Made by a program: the position numbers and the translations under genes | The notes under the pieces: model-generated | What the model was told of the DNA's origin: nothing | The model's database searches: none | The model's input: the letters and a program-made list of their open reading frames with translations, nothing else | From: Pantanalinema sp. GBBB05 | GTDB lineage: Bacteria > Cyanobacteriota > Cyanobacteriia > Leptolyngbyales > Leptolyngbyaceae | Assembly (NCBI RefSeq): GCF_016743235.1 | Contig: NZ_VRZD01000005.1 | Location: 175,622 to 239,621 of the forward strand | DNA: 64,000 bases | Reading direction: 5' to 3' | Shown here: one piece after another, positions 45,835-55,700 of the stretch | How positions within the stretch are numbered: position 1 is the first letter of the stretch | How the letters are laid out: every line of letters begins with the position of its first letter

Positions 45835-47127
45835 TTATTCGCGATCGTGATCCGGTAGTAAATCTTCAGCCTGACGCAGTACAGGGATCATATATCCCCC
45901 TACCCCAATCAGAATCATACTCATGGCAGCCAGGATTACTAGTACAGCAATGCCAGCCCCCATATCCGTCCCCAGCCAAGGTGCCCAGAGTGAAGAGAAC
46001 CATCCACCCGAATTCATCATCGGTGCAAAAACGCGATCGACTAATGGTCCAGCCAGCAAGCTCGCCATAGCTCCCACAATTAAACCCAGCGTATGGGCTG
46101 TCGCTAACACTCGTCCTTGAACTGCTACCGGAACCTTGGCATACCAGATGGCATAGCTGGAACTAAATGCCAGGGGAATATGGAATGCCGAGAAAAACTG
46201 CGCTCCCATCCAAATCCAAGGAATGCGACCTAATCCTAATAAGAGATCACCCATACCTGCACCAATAAATCCCAATAACATGCCATTCATACGCCGATGG
46301 AAACCACCCAAAATACTTAAACTGGTAGCACCAACTACACCGCCTACCCCTGCTGCAATCACAACAGTGCTGAGCACTTGAGCGTTCCCATCAGTGCGGG
46401 CAAGAATGAGCGGTTGGGATAAGGTTTCACTCAGTTGGTGAGTAAACAGAAATAAGCAAAAAATTAGCGTCATTGCCAGCAGACTAGGTCTGGCTAAGAT
46501 GTAATTTAGCCCCCAGAATAGTTGCTGCCAAATTGACTTGCCATTGATTTGTTCTGCTTCCGCATGATCGGGTTGGGGAATTTTGACTAGTAATACGCTG
46601 GTCATACCGATCGCAAACGTTATTAGATCAATCAACAGAATCCCCATTAATCCGATCGTGGGGTAAAGGCTACCCACTAAAGCAGGAGCAAGAATCGCGG
46701 AACTGTAGTCCACTACAGCACGCATACTACTCACGCGGGTATACTGCTGCTTTGACACCATTAAAGGAATCGAGGCAATATACGCCAGTCCTTGAATATG
46801 CCCAAAACAACCATAGGCAATAGCTAATCCATAGAGATGCCAGAGCTGTAGATGGGCGGTGAAGTAAAGCCCACCGATCGCTATCGTACAGAGCGCTACA
46901 CTGGCATCACTAAAAATCATTAAGAATTTGCGATTGCAGCGATCGATCACTAATCCAGAAAAGATACCAATTAAAATCTGTGGTAACTGAAAAAAGAAAC
47001 TTAGGAGGGCGATCGCAGTCGTCTCCTGGGTCAATTGCCAAATCCAGATGGTCAGTGCAAATTGAGTCATTGTGGTACCAATAGCAGATGCCATCTGACC
47101 ACTCCAGAGAATTGTGAAAGTTCGCAC
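45835..47127 (-). CDS. MFS transporter (putative product exporter, EntS/YbtX-like placement)
   Basis: 430 aa, about 12 TM. It is embedded within the biosynthetic genes. Confidence 0.75.
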   Translation of the reverse strand: MRTFTILWSGQMASAIGTTMTQFALTIWIWQLTQETTAIALLSFFFQLPQILIGIFSGLVIDRCNRKFLMIFSDASVALCTIAIGGLYFTAHLQLWHLYGLAIAYGCFGHIQGLAYIASIPLMVSKQQYTRVSSMRAVVDYSSAILAPALVGSLYPTIGLMGILLIDLITFAIGMTSVLLVKIPQPDHAEAEQINGKSIWQQLFWGLNYILARPSLLAMTLIFCLFLFTHQLSETLSQPLILARTDGNAQVLSTVVIAAGVGGVVGATSLSILGGFHRRMNGMLLGFIGAGMGDLLLGLGRIPWIWMGAQFFSAFHIPLAFSSSYAIWYAKVPVAVQGRVLATAHTLGLIVGAMASLLAGPLVDRVFAPMMNSGGWFSSLWAPWLGTDMGAGIAVLVILAAMSMILIGVGGYMIPVLRQAEDLLPDHDRE

Positions 47128-47426
47128 AGTAAATTTTAGAGAATGATGAAGATAGAACAGGAGATCAACACAACATTACTCTTGTCAGAACAATATTGGT
47201 CAACCATCAAACTGAGCTGCCATGATTGCTCTATGACATTGCCATTGCACTCACACTGTCATCTACAGCGCTAGTTCAATCATTGCTGGATTATTGCAAG
47301 CCATTTGCACTAATTTACTCTGAGTTGGTGATGATTTCTCACAAAATTTCTATGATTTTGACTTGTGTATGCCAAAACGTCTGTGGTAGTGTTGAACAGT
47401 CAGCTTCTTGAGAATATTATGCAAGA

Positions 47427-49034
47427 GTGCAATCGGTACTACTAGAGTGCCCACTCAAGAAGAATTTAAGTTTTAACCTATCTGCCATGCTCACACAGTC
47501 AGTTGGTATTCGCTCACTGGCAGTCAGTTTTCCCAGTACTATCCGACCAAATCAGTATTGGTTAGACCAATTTCCCGACTTGTTTGTTGCCAGTGAACAA
47601 CGACAAGCCCGACAACATCAATCGCTAACAGTTCAACCTGCACAGACCAGATTTGAACAAGCTGGCATTGATCTCTGGTTACAGGAAGTTACCCCATACC
47701 TCGCCGACCCATTTCGCGGGAGTGTGGAACGTCGGGTGCTGCTCCCTCATGAGTCATCGCTAATGCTGGAGTGCCAAGCAGCTCAGGAAGCTCTCCAGGC
47801 AGCAGAGCTGTCACCGGATCAGATTGATCTGGCGATCGTGACCTCTCTATTTCCCGATGCCGTGGGTCCTGGTTCAGCCGCTGACTTTGCTCGGGCATTG
47901 GGCTTATCTTGCCCCGCTTGGAGTTTGGAATCTACTTGTAGCAGTGCATTGGTCGCTTTACAAACAGCCCAAGCATTCGTGCAACACGGAACTTATCGCA
48001 CCGTTTTAATTGTTGTTTCACACGTTGGTTCTCGAGCTGTCAATGAGGCTGATACCCTGTCGTGGTCCTTAGGCGATGGGGCAGGAGCCTGGATCGTTAG
48101 TCATGTTCCTGCCGATCGGGGCATTCTCAGTACACATATCATGCCAACTACCGCTACTTGTGGTGCTTATGTCCATGAGCTGGTGATTGATCAGTCGGGT
48201 GCACCTCGGATCCAAACTCGCACTGGTGATCAAGCAAGTCGGTTAGCTGAGACAGCAGTAGATACTGTTCGCCAATGCTGTCAGGCAGCTGTGCAAGCGG
48301 CAGGGGTTAGCCTCGATCAAATTGCCTGCTTTGCCATCAATACTCCGACCGCCTGGTATGCCAGCGTCTGTGCCAAGGCGTTAGGAATTGATCCGGCACG
48401 AATCATGAATCTCTACCCGGTATATGCCAACATTGGTCCAGTATTTCCCATGGCAAATCTGCATCATGCCGCCACAACAGGACAACTGCAAGCCCATGAT
48501 CTGGTGCTGGTATACACTAATGGTGCAGCCGCAACCGCAGCCGCAACAGTGATGCGGTGGGGAAAGGTGGCTTTGGGAACATCTCCTACCCAATCATGCC
48601 AGCGATCGCCACAGCCTAGGGAATTATCTAGAGCAGCCCCGATCTCTAGCCTGAATGAACTCGAAAAAGAAGAGGTAGGACTAACAGATCTACGATCGCA
48701 ATTGCTGGCAGCTCTTCCCCGCGATCGCCACTCTATTCTGGAAGCTGCTTTGCTGGAATGGTTGGCACAGGCACGGCAACTTGAGCCAGCTCAACTTAAC
48801 AGCCAATCCCTATTAACCACAGTATTGGATTCTTTAATGGCAATCGTTCTGCGTCATCGGCTCGAAACAGAGTTGCAGATACCAGTACCAATGGAGGCAT
48901 TTTTTGGTGAGCAGACGATCGCAGATCTAATTAATTTTTTACTTCAACAACTGATGATCTCAGAATTAGTTGAGACAAATGCGATCGTCTTAAATTCCAG
49001 CCATTCGGTAGAACGAGAGATCTTCAGTTTATAA
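47427..49034 (+). CDS. KAS III (FabH)-like enzyme fused to a C-terminal carrier-protein (ACP/PCP-like) domain
   Basis: FabH-like fold with nucleophile elbow LESTCSSALVAL and Asn motif YANIGP. A C-terminal extension of about 100 aa carries the phosphopantetheine motif VLDSLMAIVLRHRLETEL. Confidence 0.65.
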   Translation: MQSVLLECPLKKNLSFNLSAMLTQSVGIRSLAVSFPSTIRPNQYWLDQFPDLFVASEQRQARQHQSLTVQPAQTRFEQAGIDLWLQEVTPYLADPFRGSVERRVLLPHESSLMLECQAAQEALQAAELSPDQIDLAIVTSLFPDAVGPGSAADFARALGLSCPAWSLESTCSSALVALQTAQAFVQHGTYRTVLIVVSHVGSRAVNEADTLSWSLGDGAGAWIVSHVPADRGILSTHIMPTTATCGAYVHELVIDQSGAPRIQTRTGDQASRLAETAVDTVRQCCQAAVQAAGVSLDQIACFAINTPTAWYASVCAKALGIDPARIMNLYPVYANIGPVFPMANLHHAATTGQLQAHDLVLVYTNGAAATAAATVMRWGKVALGTSPTQSCQRSPQPRELSRAAPISSLNELEKEEVGLTDLRSQLLAALPRDRHSILEAALLEWLAQARQLEPAQLNSQSLLTTVLDSLMAIVLRHRLETELQIPVPMEAFFGEQTIADLINFLLQQLMISELVETNAIVLNSSHSVEREIFSL

Positions 49035-49200
49035 ATTAGCGATCGCACTAGGTCATAGACTCAAGCATTGTAGCGACTAATTTACCTGTCAGAGAAGCTC
49101 GAAAGACTCGAAAGCATATCCCAAAAGCGGAGCTGTAACTTCAGTGATCTAATTTCACCATCAATCCGAACAATGACATTGAGCCCATCAAGCCATCGTA

Positions 49201-52200
49201 TTGAGTTTGTATATGGACTTACACTCACTCCTAATTTCACTTGCCCAACAGGGAATTAAATTAGCCCTAGAGGATGACTCTCTCCAGGTTGATGCTCCTA
49301 AAGGAGCTTTAACACCTGAACTACGAGACCTACTGAGACAACAAAAGACTGAGATTTTGACCCTGTTACGACAACACCGTGTTAGCAATTTAGTCACTGA
49401 TTTACCCATAATTGTTCCCGATCTAGAGTCCCGATTTGAGCCATTTCCGCTGACTGATATGCAGCATGCTTTTTGGATTGGGCGTAGTGGCATCTTGGAA
49501 CTGGGTCATGTTTCTAATCATGGTTATTACGAAATTGAAGGGAAACACTTAGATCTGGAGCGACTAAACTCTACTCTGCAACAATTGATTGCTCGCCATG
49601 ACATGCTCCGGGCCGTTGTGTTACCCGATGGACGGCAACAAATTTTGTCAGACGTGCCACCTTACCAAATCAAGGTGGTAGATTTGCGGGAGGTTTCCCC
49701 CGCAACAGTGGACTCCCAACTAGCAGAAATCCGGCAGGAAATGTCCCATCAGGTTTTACCTGCCGATCGCTATCCCTTGTTTGAATTCCGCGCCACGCAG
49801 TTAGCTGGAGATCGGGTTCGTTTGCATATCAGTTACGATCTGCTGGTATTTGATGCCTGGAGTTTGTTCCGCTTGTTTGAAGAGTGGTTTCAACTGTATC
49901 AACATCCCGATCGCGATTTACCACCGTTAGAACTCTCTTTTCGGGATTATGTCCTGGCAGAGCAATCTCTCCCTCAGACTCAGCTTTATCAGCGATCGCA
50001 GGAGTACTGGCTCAACCGAATTGACAGCCTACCCCCTGCTCCAGATCTCCCCTTAGCCCAAAATCCCCAACAACTACAACATCACCAATGTCGTCGCTAT
50101 GACGGACGGATGGCACCTGATGTTTGGCAAGCACTGAAGCAAAAAGCAACGAATGCTGGGCTAACTCCATCCGGGCTATTACTCGCAGCTTTTGCCGAAG
50201 TGATTACCCTGTGGAGCCAGAATCCCCAGTTCACATTGAATCTGGCGCTGTTTAATCGCTTACCGATGCATCCCCAGGTGAATCAGATTTTGGGTGACTT
50301 TACCTCTGTCACCTTGTTAGCCGTAGACAACTCCCCGTATGAACCGTTCCGCGATCGGGCATTACGCATTCAGCAGCAACTCTGGCAAGATCTGGAACAC
50401 CGTTACTTCAGTGGGGTGCGAGTCACCCGCGAGTTAACTCGACGCCAAGGAAATGTTCCCAATGCCATGCCCGTGATTTTCACCAGTACTTTAGGCTTTG
50501 CTGGAATTGGGCAGGAAACTTTAACGTTTAGTCATTTTGGCGAACTCGTTTACGGTATTAGCCAAGCTTCTCAAGCCTGGATGGATATCCAAGTTTGGGA
50601 AGAGAAAGACACATTAACCTTCAATTGGGATGTGGTTGAAGACCTGTTCCCAGAAGGTTTAGTTGCCGATATGTTTGATAGCTATTGCCGATTGCTGAGC
50701 CAACTTGCCACCTCGGATGCTAGTTGGGTAGAACACAACCCTGCACGATTACCACCTGCTCAGCTCGCTCAACGTCAGGTGGTCAATGCCACTGATGCTC
50801 CCATCCCAGACACGTTGTTACACGAATTATTTTTAGCACAGGTTCAACAATGTCCCAACCACCCAGCCATCATCACGTCACAACAAACCCTGACGTATCA
50901 AACAGTATGCGATCGAGCGTGTCAGGTGGGGCATCGCCTGCGCCGGTTAGGGATAACGCCGAATCATCTAGTTGCTGTAGTCATGGACAAGGGCTGGGAA
51001 CAGGTTGTTGCCGGGCTGGGAATTCTGATCGCCGGTGCGGCCTATGTGCCAATCGCGCCGGATCTACCGCCAGAACGGTTCCAGTATTTACTGAACCAGA
51101 GTGAAGTTCAGCTCGTTCTCACTCAATCCTGGCTGGATCAAACGTTGCCATGGCTAGAGCATATACCGCGATTGTGTGTAGACGGTTCAGATTTTGCGAC
51201 TGAGCCTCAAACCCTACTGGAGTCAGTGCAAACTCCAGACGATCTAGCGTATGTCATCTATACATCTGGTTCCACCGGATTACCCAAAGGTGTGATGATT
51301 ACTCACCGCAATGTTGCCAATGTGGTGATTTACACGAATCAACGCTTCCAAGTGAGTTCCCACGATCGCGCTTTAGCCTTGACCGCCTTAAATCATGATT
51401 TGTCAGTTTATGACATGTTTGGGTTACTCAGTGCCGGAGGCGCGATCGTCATACCGGATGCCTGTTTAGTCAAAAATCCACAACATTGGACGAAACTGAT
51501 CCAGCAACACCAGGTCACGATCTGGAACTCAGTGCCAGCGATGATGGAAATGTGGATCAATACCGTGCTAGCAGATCGTCTACATGATCGCTCAGAAGCG
51601 GCATTTTCCAGTTTGCGCTTGGCAATTTTGGGTGGCGATTGGTTACCCGTGTCTCTCCCCGATCGCCTGCGAGCCTTAGTCCCCAAGATTCAATTACTCA
51701 GCATTGGGGGACCGACGGAAACGACAATTTGGAATATTGGCTATGAGGTCAGTGACGTTGATCCGAGCTGGAAAAGTATTCCCTACGGTCAGCCGATGGC
51801 AAATGCCAAATATTTCATTTTGAATCATGCCTTGGCAGACTGTCCAGTTTGGGTTCCCGGTCAAATGTACTGTGCTGGTGTGCAGTTAGCTCAGGGGTAC
51901 TGGCAAGATCCTGAAAAAACGAATGCCAGCTTTATTATCCATCCTGACACAGGGGAACGGCTTTACCGAACGGGCGATCGCGGGCGCTATTTGCCCAATG
52001 GCATGATTGAGTTTTTAGGGCGAGTTGATTTCCAAATTAAGTTGCGGGGTCATCGCATTGAAGCAGGAGAAATTGAAGCCACGTTAGTGCAGCATCCAAT
52101 GGTGAAAGCGGTGGTGATTAAGGTGATTGGAGTCCATCAGCATGCCCAACTCATCGCTTATGTCGTACCACAAGCCGCAACCTTGCCAACAGTGGCAGAA

Positions 52201-52695
52201 CTCAGTCAATTCCTCAGCCGTAAACTGCCAGCCTACATGGTACCAGAGCGGTTTCTGTTTCTGGAAGCATTACCACTATCAGCTAACGGCAAAGTCGATC
52301 GACAGGCACTTCCTACAGAGGATATCCAGTTGCAAACCCGCCCAGTGGTCCATACAGCCCCTCAAACTGAGATCGAGCAAACGATCGCAACAGTATTTCA
52401 AGAGGTGTTAGGCATGGCAACCGTCAGCGTGACTGATAACTTCTTTGAGTTAGGGGCAAACTCGTTGTTGATGACACTCGTCTACCGCCAGTTAGGCGCC
52501 ATATTGCCCGAGGAAATGCGATCGATTGCCCTAGTTGATTTATTTCGGTATCCAACGGTCAGAACGTTAGCCCAACAGTTGACTCAAGTGGCACAGAGCC
52601 ACGATTCAGAGCCACAACTAATTGAGACTACCCAGAAATTGAGTCAGGGCAAACATCGGCTCAAACAACGCTTCGAGAAATCAAGACTGGCTTAG
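49201..52695 (+). CDS. NRPS module: heterocyclisation (Cy) - adenylation (Cys-type) - PCP
   Basis: Cy motifs FPLTDMQHAFWIGR, RHDMLRAVVLPDGRQQIL, DLLVFDAWS (DxxxxDxxS), TPSGLLLAAFAEVITLWS, LGDFTS, PVIFTSTLG, QAWMDIQVWEE. A-domain LAYVIYTSGSTGLPKGV, NHDLSVYD (Stachelhaus D-L-..-Y as in Cys codes), GGPTETTIWN, YRTGDRGRY. PCP FFELGANSLL. Confidence 0.9.
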   Translation: MSLYMDLHSLLISLAQQGIKLALEDDSLQVDAPKGALTPELRDLLRQQKTEILTLLRQHRVSNLVTDLPIIVPDLESRFEPFPLTDMQHAFWIGRSGILELGHVSNHGYYEIEGKHLDLERLNSTLQQLIARHDMLRAVVLPDGRQQILSDVPPYQIKVVDLREVSPATVDSQLAEIRQEMSHQVLPADRYPLFEFRATQLAGDRVRLHISYDLLVFDAWSLFRLFEEWFQLYQHPDRDLPPLELSFRDYVLAEQSLPQTQLYQRSQEYWLNRIDSLPPAPDLPLAQNPQQLQHHQCRRYDGRMAPDVWQALKQKATNAGLTPSGLLLAAFAEVITLWSQNPQFTLNLALFNRLPMHPQVNQILGDFTSVTLLAVDNSPYEPFRDRALRIQQQLWQDLEHRYFSGVRVTRELTRRQGNVPNAMPVIFTSTLGFAGIGQETLTFSHFGELVYGISQASQAWMDIQVWEEKDTLTFNWDVVEDLFPEGLVADMFDSYCRLLSQLATSDASWVEHNPARLPPAQLAQRQVVNATDAPIPDTLLHELFLAQVQQCPNHPAIITSQQTLTYQTVCDRACQVGHRLRRLGITPNHLVAVVMDKGWEQVVAGLGILIAGAAYVPIAPDLPPERFQYLLNQSEVQLVLTQSWLDQTLPWLEHIPRLCVDGSDFATEPQTLLESVQTPDDLAYVIYTSGSTGLPKGVMITHRNVANVVIYTNQRFQVSSHDRALALTALNHDLSVYDMFGLLSAGGAIVIPDACLVKNPQHWTKLIQQHQVTIWNSVPAMMEMWINTVLADRLHDRSEAAFSSLRLAILGGDWLPVSLPDRLRALVPKIQLLSIGGPTETTIWNIGYEVSDVDPSWKSIPYGQPMANAKYFILNHALADCPVWVPGQMYCAGVQLAQGYWQDPEKTNASFIIHPDTGERLYRTGDRGRYLPNGMIEFLGRVDFQIKLRGHRIEAGEIEATLVQHPMVKAVVIKVIGVHQHAQLIAYVVPQAATLPTVAELSQFLSRKLPAYMVPERFLFLEALPLSANGKVDRQALPTEDIQLQTRPVVHTAPQTEIEQTIATVFQEVLGMATVSVTDNFFELGANSLLMTLVYRQLGAILPEEMRSIALVDLFRYPTVRTLAQQLTQVAQSHDSEPQLIETTQKLSQGKHRLKQRFEKSRLA

Positions 52696-52712
52696 TAAGG
52701 AATGAACATAAC

Positions 52713-55700
52713 GTGAGTACAAATCAAACGGGTTTGGAAATTGCGATCGTTGGTTTAGCAGGACGATTTCCAGGTGGAGCAAGTATTGATGATTTTTGGC
52801 ACAATCTCAAAACAGGCGTAGAGTTAGTTACACCCTTTGCAGCCCAACAGTCGGTTGCCGAGGAGGATGCCAAGGATTGCCACCGCTCCCAGCCGATCGT
52901 CAGAGCAGGCGCAGTATTGCAGAATGTCGATCAATTTGATGCCGCGTTCTTCGGCTTCAATCCAGGCGAGGCAGCCGCTTTAGATCCCCAACATCGGTTG
53001 TTTTTAGAATGTGCTTGGGAAGCGCTAGAAACGGCTGGATACAGTTCAGAAACACCAGACCGTCCGATCGGGGTGTTTGCAGGAGTCGGGATGGGGACTT
53101 ACTTACTGTATAACCTCAGCCCCAACCCTGGTTTGATCGAATCACGGGGCTTCCTCCCGACCGTAGTTGGAGTCGATAAAGATTATCTACCAACCCGAGT
53201 TTCCTATAAATTAAACCTCACAGGACCGAGTGTGAGCGTGGGCACAGCTTGCTCCAGTTCCTTAGTCGCTGTGCATCTAGCTTGCCAGAGTTTGCTGAGT
53301 GGAGAATGCGATCTGGCATTAGCAGCAGGTGTTGCTGTCAAAGTCCCACAAGATGGACACACGTTATCGCCAGACGAGATTGTTTCTCCAGACGGACATT
53401 GTCGGGCATTTGATGCCAACGCGAATGGCACTGTAGGGGGTAACGGCATTGGCGTAGTAGTACTCAAGCGCTTGGAGGATGCGATCGCCGATCGTGACCA
53501 CATTTATGCTGTGATTAAAGGGTCTGCAATCAATAACGATGGCGCCATGAAGGTCAGCTATACAGCCCCCAGCCAGGAGGGACAAGCCAAAGTTATTCGA
53601 GCAGCTCATCTGATGGCAGACGTTGAACCGGAAACGATTACTTACCTGGAAACTCACGGCACTGGCACCGCTTTGGGTGATCCGATCGAAGTTGCTGCCA
53701 TGACCCAAGCCTTTCGGATGGCAACGGATCGAACTGGCTTTTGTGCGATCGGCTCGGTCAAAACCAATGTGGGGCATTTAGATGCAGCGGCGGGAATTAC
53801 AGGCTTAATTAAAACGGTACTGGCACTTTACTATCGCCAAATCCCTCCCAGCATTAACTTTGAGACGCCTAACACCCAAATCGATTTTGCCAATAGTCCG
53901 TTTTATGTCAATGCTCAACTGAGGGATTGGCACACGCAGGGCATGCCCCGACGAGCAGGAGTCAGTTCCTTTGGCTTTGGCGGCACTAACGTTCATCTTG
54001 TGCTGGAAGAAGCTCCAGTGGGCGTTGCAGAGGATACCATCCCCCCCCAACAACGCCCCTATCAGTTGCTGACACTATCGGCAAAAACCCCAACCGCGTT
54101 GGCGCAAGCAACGGTTAATCTCCACGATCGCCTGCAGCAATCCCCTGAACTGGATCTCGCTGATGTTGCCTACACGCTTCAAGTCGGACGATGGGAATTG
54201 CCCTATCGCCGGATTGTGGTTGCCCAAACATTGGACGATGCCGTGCAACGCTTAGCAGGCGCTCAGTCGCTTCCTGTGGACACAGCACACCCTCACAGCA
54301 TTGATCCACCAGTGATTTTCATGTTTCCGGGTCAGGGTTCCCAAGCGGTCAATATGGCACGGCAACTGTATGAGCACGAACCAACTTTTCGAGCCGAGTG
54401 CGATCGCTGCTTTGCGCTACTACAAACTAAACACAATTTAGATTTACGCGCCGTACTATATCCCGATCGTGCTGATGATAGCCAGCCACTAACCCAGACA
54501 GCGATCGCTCAACCAGCATTGTTTGTCGTCGAATACGCCCTAGCAAAACTCTGGATGGCCTGGGGAGTACAACCGCGATCGTTGATTGGGCACAGCATTG
54601 GTGAATATGTCGCTGCTTGTCTGGCAGGTGTCTTTACCCTTGAGGATGCCTTAAGCTTAGTGACTGTACGTGCCCAATTGATGCAGCAACAGCCACCTGG
54701 AGCCATGCTCGCGGTCCATTTATCGGCTGATGCTGTGCAGCCATTTTTATCTGACAGTCTTTCCCTGGCGGCTAACAACAGCCCTAACCTCTGTGTTATT
54801 TCTGGGGCAACAGCCGCGATCGCGCAACTGGAAGATCAGTTAACAGCCCAGGGGATTGATTGTCGGCGATTACACACCTCCCATGCGTTTCATTCCCCCA
54901 TGATGGCAGCCGTCATCGAACCATTGGTTCAATACTTACACGATATTCGGCTACATCCACCCCAAATCCCGATCATTTCTAATCTCACAGGCAAATGGTT
55001 AACGATCGAGGAAGCCACTGATCCACATTATTGGGCACAGCATTTACGTCAGACAGTCCAGTTTGCTCCAGGCATCGCTGAATTGTTGTTGCAAGCAGAC
55101 GCGATCTTCCTAGAAGTGGGACCAGGGCGGACTCTGGCAACGCTAGCCAAACACCAAGCCAGCGATCGCGTTATCCTCACCTCGTTGTCACACCACCAAG
55201 AAGCAGTGGAGGATGGGCAATCCTTACTACACACTCTGGGACGGCTGTGGTTAAGTGGCGTTCCCATTCACTGGGCGAACTTCTATACCCATCAATCCCG
55301 CCACCGGGTGCCATTGCCGACTTATCCATTTGAACGTCAGCGTTATTGGATTGATCCGCCTCAGTCCTCCCCAATCACCACTACTACACTCTCTAAACGT
55401 CCGGATATTGCTGATTGGTTCTATAGTCCCTCCTGGAAACGATCTGCTTTACCGCCGATCGCGGTCAGTGATTCCACCCGTTGTTGGGTCGTTTTTGTCG
55501 ATCGGAGTGGGTTGGCTACGGCTCTGATCCAACGGCTTCAGCACCAGGGAGATCGGGCGATTCAGGTTCAAGCGGGGGAGGAATTTAGTCAATCCCACCC
55601 AGATGGTTACACAATTAATCCTAGTGATCGCTCCCATTATGATGCTCTGATTCAAGCCATCCTTGCCTCTGAGCCAACTCCAATTCTGGCTCACTTATGG

